This document shows positions 19,449-28,638 of a DNA stretch of 64,000 bases, piece by piece (within the stretch, counting starts at the first letter, position 1; the number at the start of each line of letters is the position of its first letter). This stretch comes from an uncultured Gammaproteobacteria bacterium (GTDB lineage Bacteria > Patescibacteriota > Patescibacteriia > Magasanikbacterales > UBA922): contig CAZTEU010000002.1 in assembly GCA_964612105.1 (NCBI GenBank), forward strand, positions 83,697-147,696. The letters are read 5' to 3'. The notes below the pieces were generated by a model that searched no databases, was not told where the DNA came from, and saw only the letters and a list, made by a program, of their open reading frames with translations. The position numbers and the translations under genes are program-made.

Positions 19449-20303
19449 ATGCACCTAAGACAGTTCTTATTCCTCGCTTTCTGCTTACTACTTGTTGGTG
19501 CTGGTTGTGGCTCAGAAGAATTAACACCTATAGTAGTTGAACAACCACAGGCACCCGCTGCCCCAACAGCAGAAATGCGCCCAGATACTGAACCTCCTCG
19601 CGCACAAGCGTATGAGTTTTGTGAATCACAAGGATACAATATAGCAATGTATTATGATGAAGGCTCTCAAAAACCTGTCATTTCTTGTGTGTTTTCTAAT
19701 AATACCCAATGTGATTCAGTCTTATTCTATAAAGGAATGTGCGGACCAAGCGCTGGAGGAAAAATAGTAGCAGATACTTACGACCCAAATCTTACAGCTC
19801 TTCGTTATTGTGACAAAAATTCTCCACACGTTTGTGGTACAAACGGTCAGAACTACACAAATCGTTGTGTTGCAACTCAACAAGGAGCAATGGTTCTTCA
19901 TGAGGGTCTATGTAATGAATCAGAGCAAGTAGAACCGTTTCTTGTCGGTAATTCTTCCGCACCACTTCCATCTGACTCATTAACAAGCGGACAAAAGGAT
20001 GCTGGAGTTACTCCGCAGAAACAACAAGACACTGGAGAGACGGCAACCTGGTTAACCATATTGTTCGATGTAGTAAAAGCACAGAAAGCAAAAAGTCCAA
20101 GATCTATTGTAGACAGGTGTGTAAATGGTGGAGAAGTATACTACTATTACCAAGAAGACAGTTCCAGTGGGTTTGCAATATTATATGGAAGTGATGGAAA
20201 TATAACCTGCTTTCCAAATAATGACATAACTAGTTCCTGCGGATGGTTTGATAGCAAAAACAGAAGTAGTACATGTAAGCGGATTTGGAGAGATAACAGA
20301 TAA
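19449..20303 (+). CDS. lipoprotein with DUF333-like and Kazal-like Cys domains
   Basis: Lipobox GAGC; AYEFCESQG..C..C; VCGTNGQNYTNRC..LHEGLC Kazal pattern. Confidence 0.8.
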   Translation: MHLRQFLFLAFCLLLVGAGCGSEELTPIVVEQPQAPAAPTAEMRPDTEPPRAQAYEFCESQGYNIAMYYDEGSQKPVISCVFSNNTQCDSVLFYKGMCGPSAGGKIVADTYDPNLTALRYCDKNSPHVCGTNGQNYTNRCVATQQGAMVLHEGLCNESEQVEPFLVGNSSAPLPSDSLTSGQKDAGVTPQKQQDTGETATWLTILFDVVKAQKAKSPRSIVDRCVNGGEVYYYYQEDSSSGFAILYGSDGNITCFPNNDITSSCGWFDSKNRSSTCKRIWRDNR

Positions 20304-20362
20304 TCCATAGGCTATTGACAAAATATACAAACGTGGGTATAATGCGCCCACGTTTTATTAAT

Positions 20363-20395
20363 GTGGGACCTTGACCATTCAGGGGTTTGAACCAC
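20363..20395 (+). promoter_or_regulatory. putative L1 autoregulatory leader
   Basis: gtggga-ccttga..tcagggg-tttgaaccac, a GUGGGA...ACCAC stem with internal loop, between a TTGACA..TATAAT promoter and rplA. Confidence 0.6.
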
Positions 20396-20408
20396 GTAAA
20401 AAAATCAT

Positions 20409-21095
20409 ATGGAAAATAAATCAAAGCGTATGACTGACAGCTTGTCAAAAATAGACAAGACACGTAGTTATGCATTAGATGAGGCAATTGACCTTATCAA
20501 AGAAACAAGCAAAGTGAAGTTCGACGCATCTGTCGAAGTCCACATGCGTCTTGGAATTAGTACAACAAAGAGTGATCAGCAGATTCGCTCAACTGTAACA
20601 CTTCCACACGGAACAGGAAAGACAAAAAAGATTGCAGCTTTTGTTGGACCAAACGACGAGGCAGCAGCAAAAGGTGCTGGAGCAGACCTGGTTTACGGAG
20701 AAGAAGAAATTAAACAAATTAAAACATCAGGAAAGCTAGATTTCGATATTGCAGTAGCAACCCCAGAGATGATGCCAAAACTTGCTCAAATAGCAAAGAT
20801 ATTGGGACCTCGTGGCTTAATGCCAAACCCAAAAACAGACACAGTTGGTCCGGATATAGCAAAAATAGTGGAAGAGCTAAAGAAAGGAAAGGCTGGGTTT
20901 AAGAATGACGATACAGGAAACATTCACATGAATATTGGAAAAATAAGCTTCGATAATCAAAAGATTAAAGAAAACTTTCAAGCCTTCCTTGACACCATTA
21001 AAAAACTAAAGCCTGCGGGAGTTAAAGGGACATACATTAAAAATGTATACCTAACAAGCTCAATGGGTCCAAGTGTAAAAGTAGTAATAGACTAA
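20409..21095 (+). CDS. rplA: 50S ribosomal protein L1
   Basis: KFDASVEVH, LPHGTGK, LGPRGLMPNPK, SSMGPS. Confidence 0.98.
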   Translation: MENKSKRMTDSLSKIDKTRSYALDEAIDLIKETSKVKFDASVEVHMRLGISTTKSDQQIRSTVTLPHGTGKTKKIAAFVGPNDEAAAKGAGADLVYGEEEIKQIKTSGKLDFDIAVATPEMMPKLAQIAKILGPRGLMPNPKTDTVGPDIAKIVEELKKGKAGFKNDDTGNIHMNIGKISFDNQKIKENFQAFLDTIKKLKPAGVKGTYIKNVYLTSSMGPSVKVVID

Positions 21096-21191
21096 AAAAC
21101 TCATAAAAATCACCCCTCGAAAGAGGGGTTTTTTGTTAGTTGCATACGAACCCCAGATTTGATAAACTCACTGTACATATAATATAAAAAT

Positions 21192-21680
21192 ATGAACGAA
21201 TATCATAAAAGACCAAGTTGGGATGAGTATTTTATGGAGATTACCCGATCTGTAGCAAAACGTGCAACTTGCGATCGAGGAAGGAGTGGTTGTGTAATTG
21301 CACGAGATAAACAAATATTAGTCAGTGGGTATGTAGGATCCGCAGCAGGGCTTCCTCACTGTGATGAGGTTGGACACCAGATGAAAAAAGTCACCCATGA
21401 AGATGGGAAGGAAACAAATCATTGTGTAAGGACAACCCATGCGGAACAAAATGCAATTGTACAAGCAGCAAAGACTGGTGTGTCCATAGACGGAGCAACT
21501 CTCTATTGTCGCATGACACCATGCACTGTTTGTGCACGCATGATAATAAACTCTGGAATCAAAAAAGTTGTTTGCGAAAGAAAATACCACGCAGGAGCAG
21601 AGAGTGAAGAAATGTTTAGGAAGGTTGGTATAGGATTAAATTATGTTATAGAGGAGTTAGAAAAATATGATAACCAATAA
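21192..21680 (+). CDS. dCMP deaminase (ComEB family)
   Basis: RPSWDEYFM, HAEQNA and PCTVC Zn motifs. Confidence 0.92.
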   Translation: MNEYHKRPSWDEYFMEITRSVAKRATCDRGRSGCVIARDKQILVSGYVGSAAGLPHCDEVGHQMKKVTHEDGKETNHCVRTTHAEQNAIVQAAKTGVSIDGATLYCRMTPCTVCARMIINSGIKKVVCERKYHAGAESEEMFRKVGIGLNYVIEELEKYDNQ

Positions 21681-22227
21681 GATAATCTTTGGGTTTGTTG
21701 GGCAAATTGCCAGTGGAAAAGGTGCAGCCACTAATCACCTAAAAGAAAAATATGAAGCAAAATCCTACCGCTTCTCTACAATGTTAAGAGATGTTGTAGA
21801 TCGTATTTATATAGAACAGAATCGAGAGAACCTGCAAAAAATATCACGTGTACTGCGAGAAAACTTCGGGGAAGATGTTATGGCAAGAGTAATGTCAGAA
21901 GATGTAAAAAATGATAATAGTAAATTTATTGTAATAGACGGTATACGCAGACCGAGTGATGTTGCATACCTAAAAGATGTTCCTGGTTTTGTTCTTATAA
22001 GCATAGAAGCAGACATAGAAAAGCGCTATGAACGAATAGTCAAAAGAGGAGAAAATCCAGATGAAACAAACAAAACAATGGAAGAGTTTAAAGAAGACAG
22101 CAGGCGTGAGTCTGAACTCAAAATAGATGAAATTGCAGAGCAAGCACACGAAAGAATAGACAACAACGGCTTGTTGGACGACCTATACAAACAGTTGGAT
22201 GAGCTTGTAGAGAAGTATGGAAATTAA
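21667..22227 (+). CDS. nucleoside monophosphate kinase-like P-loop protein (dephospho-CoA kinase-like)
   Basis: GQIASGKG P-loop, IDGIRR, IDNNG. Confidence 0.8.
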   Translation: MITNKIIFGFVGQIASGKGAATNHLKEKYEAKSYRFSTMLRDVVDRIYIEQNRENLQKISRVLRENFGEDVMARVMSEDVKNDNSKFIVIDGIRRPSDVAYLKDVPGFVLISIEADIEKRYERIVKRGENPDETNKTMEEFKEDSRRESELKIDEIAEQAHERIDNNGLLDDLYKQLDELVEKYGN

Positions 22228-22639
22228 GGTAAAGATATTAAAAGAAGGTGCCAAAATGCCCACTTACGCCCACCCTGGAGATGTTGGAATGGATTTATAT
22301 TCTCTAGAGGATTATGTACTATATCCGGATGAGAAGAAAATATTTTATGTTGGTTTTGCCTTAGAGTTTTCAAATGGATATTCAGCAATTGTAAAAGACA
22401 AAAGTAGTTTTGCTGTTGCGGGACTTCACACAAATGGAGGTGTTTTCGATGCTGGATACAGAGGAGAGTATAGTGTGCAACTAACTAACCTTAGTAAAGC
22501 GCCTTTTGAAATAAGCAAAGGTCAAAAAATAGCTCAGCTATTAATCATACCTGTGGAAATAGCTAAACTTGTAGAAGTAAGTGAGTTATCTGATTCTTCT
22601 AGAGGTGAAGGAAAGCACGGCAGTACAGGTAAATTCTAA
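22217..22639 (+). CDS. dut: dUTP diphosphatase
   Basis: GMDL, KSS, GVFDAGYRGE, KIAQL, RGEGKHGSTG. Confidence 0.95.
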   Translation: MEIKVKILKEGAKMPTYAHPGDVGMDLYSLEDYVLYPDEKKIFYVGFALEFSNGYSAIVKDKSSFAVAGLHTNGGVFDAGYRGEYSVQLTNLSKAPFEISKGQKIAQLLIIPVEIAKLVEVSELSDSSRGEGKHGSTGKF

Positions 22640-22642
22640 TAT

Positions 22643-23515
22643 ATGCAATCATACTTAAATATTGTAAAAAGAGTCCTTGATGAGGGTGAAGAAAAAGGAA
22701 ACAGAACAGATACTAGGGCTATTGCTGTTGCTGGTGCTATGTTTGAACACGACATGAGCAAAGGTTTTCCTCTTCTTACTACAAAAAAAATGCCTTTTAA
22801 GGTTATAGGAACAGAGTTGGAGTTTTTTATTAAAGGAATTACAGATAAACAATGGTTGCAGGAAAGAAAGTGTCATATTTGGGATGAATGGTGTAATCCA
22901 AAAAAAGTTGCATATGGTCACGATGCAGAAACAAAACAGAAGATGATGGAAGAGCGAGATCTTGGAGCAGTGTATGGTTTCCAATGGAGACACTATAACG
23001 CTTCTTATGATAGTTATGACACAGATTATACAGACAAAGGAGTAGACCAGCTAAAAAGAGTTGTAAATACATTAAAAACAAACCCCACTGACAGACGAAT
23101 GATAGTGATGGCGTGGAATCCGGGAATGATGGATCAGATGGCACTCCCCCCTTGCCATTATGGTTTCCAAGTTACTGTTACAAACGGAAAGCTAAACTTA
23201 CTGTGGAATCAGCGTTCTGTAGATGTAATGCTTGGTCTTCCTTTTAATATAGCTAGCTATGCTATACTTCTTCATCTGCTGGCAAAAGAGACTGGTCTGA
23301 AGGAAGGAAAGCTTATTGGTTTCTTAGGGGATGTGCATATATATGTGAACCATGTAGAGGGAGCAAGAGAGCAACTATCTAGAGATCCAAGTCTTTACCC
23401 TCTTTGTAAGATTGAGACAGATCCCTTTACTTCTATTTTTGAATGGGAGGCTAGTCACACTAAAAAAACAGGATATGAAAGTTATCCAAAGATTCCATTC
23501 CAAATAGCCGTATGA
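22643..23515 (+). CDS. thyA: thymidylate synthase
   Basis: FPLLTTK, YGFQWR, MALPPCH, QRSVDVMLGLPFN. Confidence 0.97.
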   Translation: MQSYLNIVKRVLDEGEEKGNRTDTRAIAVAGAMFEHDMSKGFPLLTTKKMPFKVIGTELEFFIKGITDKQWLQERKCHIWDEWCNPKKVAYGHDAETKQKMMEERDLGAVYGFQWRHYNASYDSYDTDYTDKGVDQLKRVVNTLKTNPTDRRMIVMAWNPGMMDQMALPPCHYGFQVTVTNGKLNLLWNQRSVDVMLGLPFNIASYAILLHLLAKETGLKEGKLIGFLGDVHIYVNHVEGAREQLSRDPSLYPLCKIETDPFTSIFEWEASHTKKTGYESYPKIPFQIAV

Positions 23516-23985
23516 TATCACTAGTTGTAGCAACCTCAAAAAATAATTGTATTGGTAAAGATGGAGATCTTCCATGGCATATTCCAGAAGATTTAAAGCA
23601 TTTCAAAAAAATTACCACGGGTCATGTTGTATTAATGGGAAGAAAGACTTGGGAGTCCATTCCAGACAAGTTCCGCCCATTACCAAACAGAAAGAATATC
23701 GTTATTACCAGGCAAGAAAACTATTCTGTTCCAGAAAATGTAGAGGTATATAACTCCATTAATGATGCACTGTCTGCACATAAGGATGAAGACATAATGA
23801 TTATTGGTGGGGGTGGCATATATAAGCAAACAATGGAGCAGGCAGATGTTTTATTTATTACTCATGTGAACAAAGAGGTGGATGGAGACACTTTCTTTCC
23901 GGAAATAGACCCTTCTAAATGGAAAGAGGCAGAACGAGAAGATCACGATGAGTTTTCTTTTGTAAAATATGTTCGTAATAATTGA
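23512..23985 (+). CDS. folA: dihydrofolate reductase
   Basis: IGKDGDLPW, MGRKTWES, RPLPNR, IGGG, GDTFFP. Confidence 0.97.
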   Translation: MISLVVATSKNNCIGKDGDLPWHIPEDLKHFKKITTGHVVLMGRKTWESIPDKFRPLPNRKNIVITRQENYSVPENVEVYNSINDALSAHKDEDIMIIGGGGIYKQTMEQADVLFITHVNKEVDGDTFFPEIDPSKWKEAEREDHDEFSFVKYVRNN

Positions 23986-24673
23986 TGGTATAGATGGCTC
24001 TGGAAAGAGTACAATCATACAGGCGTGGTCAGAACAATTACAGAACCAAGGCAAAGAAATAGTCTCTCTTAAAGATTATTGGAATACTAATAATGAACAT
24101 CCTACTCTTGCAGAAGTAGAGCATGCAGATGTAATTATTTCTGCAGAACCAACAACTGTGTGGGTTGGTGCAGGTATTCGTAAGGAAATAATCAGCAACA
24201 GCACTGACTACTCTGCCCTCTCTACTGCTAATGCGTATTCACTAGACAGACTGATGCTTTATAAAAGACTTTTAATACCCCTTTTGGAAAAAGGTAAAAC
24301 TATAATCCAAGATAGGGGCGTCACAACATCATTATGCTATCAGCCAATACAGGACTCATCATTATCAAGAAGTATTATAAAAGAATTAGAAGGAAACAGG
24401 TTAGCACTAGAACACAGTCCAGATCATCTGGTAATTGCTGACCTTTCTCCTGAGGTTGCTATGCAAAGACTTGGATCTCGTCATGACAAAAATGACAATG
24501 CTCAATTTGAACAGAAGTCTTTCTTAGAAGAAGCCAGAAAAACCTTTTTGGAAGAAGAATATCAAAATATTTTTACTGAGCGTGGAACCAAAATACACAC
24601 ATTGAACACAGGTGCCTCAATTGATATAATGAAGCAAGAAGCTATAAAATTATTTAATACAATAACAAAGTAA
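23969..24673 (+). CDS. tmk: thymidylate kinase
   Basis: IDGIDGSGKST, EP, QDRG..TSLCYQ. Confidence 0.88.
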   Translation: MFVIIDGIDGSGKSTIIQAWSEQLQNQGKEIVSLKDYWNTNNEHPTLAEVEHADVIISAEPTTVWVGAGIRKEIISNSTDYSALSTANAYSLDRLMLYKRLLIPLLEKGKTIIQDRGVTTSLCYQPIQDSSLSRSIIKELEGNRLALEHSPDHLVIADLSPEVAMQRLGSRHDKNDNAQFEQKSFLEEARKTFLEEEYQNIFTERGTKIHTLNTGASIDIMKQEAIKLFNTITK

Positions 24674-24676
24674 AAT

Positions 24677-25408
24677 ATGTTAATACCTGCCGGAAAACTG
24701 ATGACTAGTAGTGCAAAAATATACAAAGATAAGTTTAAACAACTAGGGCACTATGTATGGATTATGCTAATTCCAACTTTATTGATTGCTGTCGTAGATA
24801 AAAAAACTGGATTAGTTGCAATTCCTGGAATATTCCTTAATGTTTTTATTAGTCTTGCTCTGTCTGTTCTTCTAATTTGGATTTCCATTGCATTAATTCG
24901 CGCAACAGCAAGCGCAATTAATAATAAGCCAATAAAAAAATACTCCAAAGAGCTTCGAGATACATCTTCTCTTATAATACCAATGATATTTGCATCGATA
25001 TTAAGTGGAGCGGCAGTATTAGGTGGTTTGATACTACTAATAATTCCTGGAATAGTGTTTATAATTTGGTTCACTTTTGTAAGTCAAGAAATTGCACTAA
25101 ATGGAAGATCTGCTACACGCTCACTAAGCACCAGTAAAGACCTTGTAGAAGGGCGCTGGTGGGCAGTGTGTTGGCGTGTTGTTGCCCCAGGATTTATTTT
25201 CTTAGTAATTGTTGCAATTATTCAAATGATTGTAGGTCTTATCTTGTTACCTCTAAACCTACTTGGAAATATCGGAACTGGCACGTACTATGTGATTACA
25301 TTGTTAAGCACACTTATACACACAACAATATCTGTTTTCTTCATTCCTTGGATTACTCTTGTGTCCACAATGCTGTTCCTAGATTTACAGGCACATCCCA
25401 AAAAATAA
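24677..25408 (+). CDS. multi-pass membrane protein
   Basis: Several TM helices, LLIIPGI motif. Confidence 0.8.
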   Translation: MLIPAGKLMTSSAKIYKDKFKQLGHYVWIMLIPTLLIAVVDKKTGLVAIPGIFLNVFISLALSVLLIWISIALIRATASAINNKPIKKYSKELRDTSSLIIPMIFASILSGAAVLGGLILLIIPGIVFIIWFTFVSQEIALNGRSATRSLSTSKDLVEGRWWAVCWRVVAPGFIFLVIVAIIQMIVGLILLPLNLLGNIGTGTYYVITLLSTLIHTTISVFFIPWITLVSTMLFLDLQAHPKK

Positions 25409-26965
25409 ATGAGCAAATACCAAACAATAATTGGAATGGAGGTTCATGTAGAACTAAAAACTCGTTCTAAGATGTTTTGTTCGTGCAAAAATGAGCCAGA
25501 ACTAAAAGACCCAAACACAAATATCTGCGAAATCTGTGTAGGACATCCAGGAACATTACCTGTTCCAAACAAACAAGCAATAGAATGGACAGCTCTAATT
25601 GGTAAAGCTCTTGGTTGTAATATAAGAGAGCTATCAAAATTTGACCGTAAGCATTACTTCTACCCAGACCTCCCAAAAGGATATCAGATATCTCAGTATG
25701 ATGAACCAATTGCAGAAAATGGAAAGATGACGCTCAGCCTTGCACTAGAAGACAACATTCGTGATATTGCAGAAATTGGAATAGAGCGCGCTCATTTAGA
25801 AGAAGATACAGCAAAACTAATTCATAATTCAGACAAAAGTACACTTGTGGATTTTAACCGTGCAGGTACTCCCCTTGTGGAAATTGTTACAAAGCCAGAT
25901 TTTAAGACTGCACTAGAAGCAAAAACGTACTGTCAAGAACTACGAACATTAATGCGTGCCCTTGGTGTAAGCGACGCAGACATGGAAAAGGGGCAGATGC
26001 GCTGTGAAGCAAATATCTCTGTGCAAGAGGCTGGTCAGTTTGAAATCGCAGATAATCTTGTTAAACCACTTGGTGATTACAAACTAAATGCCAAGGTTGA
26101 ACTAAAAAATATTAGTTCATTCAAGGCAATAGAGAAAGCAATACTATTTGAAACAGAAAGACAAATAAGTATGTTAGAAAAAGGAGAGGTGTGGACTCAG
26201 CAAACACGTGGATGGAACGACGCAAAAGGAGAAACAGTTATGCAAAGGAAAAAAGAGACTTCTGCTGACTATAGGTACTTCCCAGATCCAGACATACCAC
26301 CCTTTCACCCAAATAAAATAGCTGGAGACTTAAAACTTCCAGAATTACCACAAGCTAAAAGAGAAAGATTCCATGAGGAGTATGGTTTTTCATACGCAGA
26401 CGCTAAACTACTTTCAGATAATAAGGACTGGGCAAACTTTACTGAGTCAGTAATGAGTGAGTTAGTTGATTGGCTGTATAACTTACCAGAGATAAGTGGA
26501 GACAGTGATGACATTAAAGAACAGAAAAAAAATAAGATTGCGCGTCTTGCGGGAGGTTGGATGACAAATAAACTTCTTGGATACATAAAGGAAAAGAATA
26601 TTAGAATATCTGATATTAAGGTAACTCCTGAAAACTTTGCAGAATTAATGGCACTTGTATATGCTGAGCGTGTTAACTCAACAAATGCTCTTAAAATACT
26701 GGTAGAAATGATCGAAAGTAAAACAGACAGGGACCCAACTCACATTATGGAAGAGAAAGGGTACGGTCAGATAAAGGATGAGGGAGCTTTGTTATCTGTT
26801 ATAGATGAGGTTATAATAAACAATCCTGCACAAGTAGAACAATATAAATCTGGTAAGGAAACAGTAATTAAGTTTCTAGTGGGAATGGTTATGAAAGCAA
26901 CAGAAGGAAGTGCAAATCCACAGATAGCAGAAAAGCTACTTGTAGAAAAGTTAAAAATTAAGTAG
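25409..26965 (+). CDS. gatB: Asp/Glu-tRNA amidotransferase subunit B
   Basis: IGMEVHVEL, FDRKHYFYPDLPKGYQISQ, DFNRAGTPLVEIV, DYRYFPDPD. Confidence 0.97.
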   Translation: MSKYQTIIGMEVHVELKTRSKMFCSCKNEPELKDPNTNICEICVGHPGTLPVPNKQAIEWTALIGKALGCNIRELSKFDRKHYFYPDLPKGYQISQYDEPIAENGKMTLSLALEDNIRDIAEIGIERAHLEEDTAKLIHNSDKSTLVDFNRAGTPLVEIVTKPDFKTALEAKTYCQELRTLMRALGVSDADMEKGQMRCEANISVQEAGQFEIADNLVKPLGDYKLNAKVELKNISSFKAIEKAILFETERQISMLEKGEVWTQQTRGWNDAKGETVMQRKKETSADYRYFPDPDIPPFHPNKIAGDLKLPELPQAKRERFHEEYGFSYADAKLLSDNKDWANFTESVMSELVDWLYNLPEISGDSDDIKEQKKNKIARLAGGWMTNKLLGYIKEKNIRISDIKVTPENFAELMALVYAERVNSTNALKILVEMIESKTDRDPTHIMEEKGYGQIKDEGALLSVIDEVIINNPAQVEQYKSGKETVIKFLVGMVMKATEGSANPQIAEKLLVEKLKIK

Positions 26966-27013
26966 GTTAAGAAATATAAAACAGGCTATTAGACCTGTTT
27001 TATTATTGATTAA

Positions 27014-27688
27014 TTATTCCAAACCACCAATGATTTTCTTGAAGTTCTTGTAATCACTGTAGCTAATACTACCAGATTTGTAATGCTTGCGCGCCTCTCT
27101 TCCTAGTTTTCTCCTATCACGAAAAGAGAATTTAGATCCTGTACTCTTATTTTTCGCTCTATCTTCTATCATTTTGTTCAATATCTTTCTGTCTGAGGCT
27201 GACATACCCTTTTTCTGATATCTGTCTTTTTTTACAACACCTCGCATGGTCTTTTTTAGCCCACCAAAACCAGATAATTTGAATGACCTTCCTTTCCTTA
27301 GGGCTACTTTTCCGGGTTTCGACATTGCAAGTTCCTCAGCTTCTTTAGCTTGTCTTTCTTTTATCTTTCCTCTTATGTGTGCATATCTTCTTCTGTCTGC
27401 CGCCTCTTGATCATAACCATCATCTCCATCATTTACCATCTGAGCAGGTGAATTTATGGATGTGCGAGCCTGTGCCCTTTCTTTTCCTTGATGATGAATA
27501 GAAGTGGTAGCTGTCTTATCTGCAGGATCATCCCCGGCGTGACCAATAGATGTTGTAGCCTTTGCTCTTTCCTTGTGTTGTTTTAGCTGGGATGTACTAA
27601 AATTTTGCGCATGTCCTGTGCTGGGGTTAGGTTTTGCACCAGACGAACCAACTGGCATTACTGGTGGGAGATTTGAAGTCATATTCAT
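27014..27688 (-). CDS. hypothetical protein with low-complexity N-terminus and basic C-terminus
   Basis: ATG overlaps the miaA stop (TAATG). Confidence 0.7.
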   Translation of the reverse strand: MNMTSNLPPVMPVGSSGAKPNPSTGHAQNFSTSQLKQHKERAKATTSIGHAGDDPADKTATTSIHHQGKERAQARTSINSPAQMVNDGDDGYDQEAADRRRYAHIRGKIKERQAKEAEELAMSKPGKVALRKGRSFKLSGFGGLKKTMRGVVKKDRYQKKGMSASDRKILNKMIEDRAKNKSTGSKFSFRDRRKLGREARKHYKSGSISYSDYKNFKKIIGGLE

Positions 27689-28623
27689 TATTTTAAAAAC
27701 TCTTTCACACAATTACTAGCTTCGTTAATGTCCTTTATCCAAACTATCCTTTTGTCTCTACGAAACCAAGAAAGTTGTCGTCTAGCTAGTCTCCTTGTGT
27801 CTCTCTTTAATGTTTCTACTGTTTTTTCTAAATCTTGATCTCCTTTGAGATATGGACGAAACTGACTATATCCAATTCCTTGCATACTTGGTAAATCCCA
27901 GCTGTATTTCTGCCTTACAAGTGCACGCACCTCAGATTCTAGCCCTTCGTCAATCATCTTATCTACCCTTTTGTTTATTCTATCATACAGAATATCCCTA
28001 GGAACCTCAACTCCCATTATTAGAAGGTTAAACATCGGTGCGCTTTTTGTGCGCTGTTCAGAAAAAGGCTCACCTGTAAAAATACAAACCTCTAGTGCAC
28101 GAATTAGTCGTCGTTTATTCTTTTTATCTATTGTTTTCATTATGTCTGGATCCATTTGTTCTAGTAAATCGGAAAGTTCATCTAGACTTTTCTCATCCAA
28201 ATTTGCCCGGAGTTGCTTGTTTGGTGCAACACGTGGAATCATGTAATTATCTATTACAGCAGAGACATAGAGTCCTGTTCCACCGACTAGCATAGGTAGT
28301 CTTTTGTTTTTATTTGCTAATTTTATGTACTTAATTGCCTTATCGCGAAACTCTGCAACAGTAAACTTTTTTCCTGGATCCATGAAATCAATTAGGTGGT
28401 GCGGAATATCATTTACCATGTACGTACGCCTAAATCCATTTCTTTCCCACTTACCCTTCACCTTTGCTGTACCAATATCCATCTTCTTATAGAACTGACG
28501 AGAGTCTGCAGAGATAATTTCTCCATTAAACTCTTTTGCCAAATCTAAACTAATCGACGTCTTACCAGACGCAGTCGGTCCAATTAAAACTAGGAGTTTT
28601 GGCAAATTACTAGATTTCTTCAT
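27688..28623 (-). CDS. miaA: tRNA dimethylallyltransferase
   Basis: GPTASGKT, SADSRQ, MDIGTAK, VGGTGLY, ARRQLSWF. Confidence 0.97.
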   Translation of the reverse strand: MKKSSNLPKLLVLIGPTASGKTSISLDLAKEFNGEIISADSRQFYKKMDIGTAKVKGKWERNGFRRTYMVNDIPHHLIDFMDPGKKFTVAEFRDKAIKYIKLANKNKRLPMLVGGTGLYVSAVIDNYMIPRVAPNKQLRANLDEKSLDELSDLLEQMDPDIMKTIDKKNKRRLIRALEVCIFTGEPFSEQRTKSAPMFNLLIMGVEVPRDILYDRINKRVDKMIDEGLESEVRALVRQKYSWDLPSMQGIGYSQFRPYLKGDQDLEKTVETLKRDTRRLARRQLSWFRRDKRIVWIKDINEASNCVKEFLK

Positions 28624-28638
28624 ACCACTAATCTTTTC

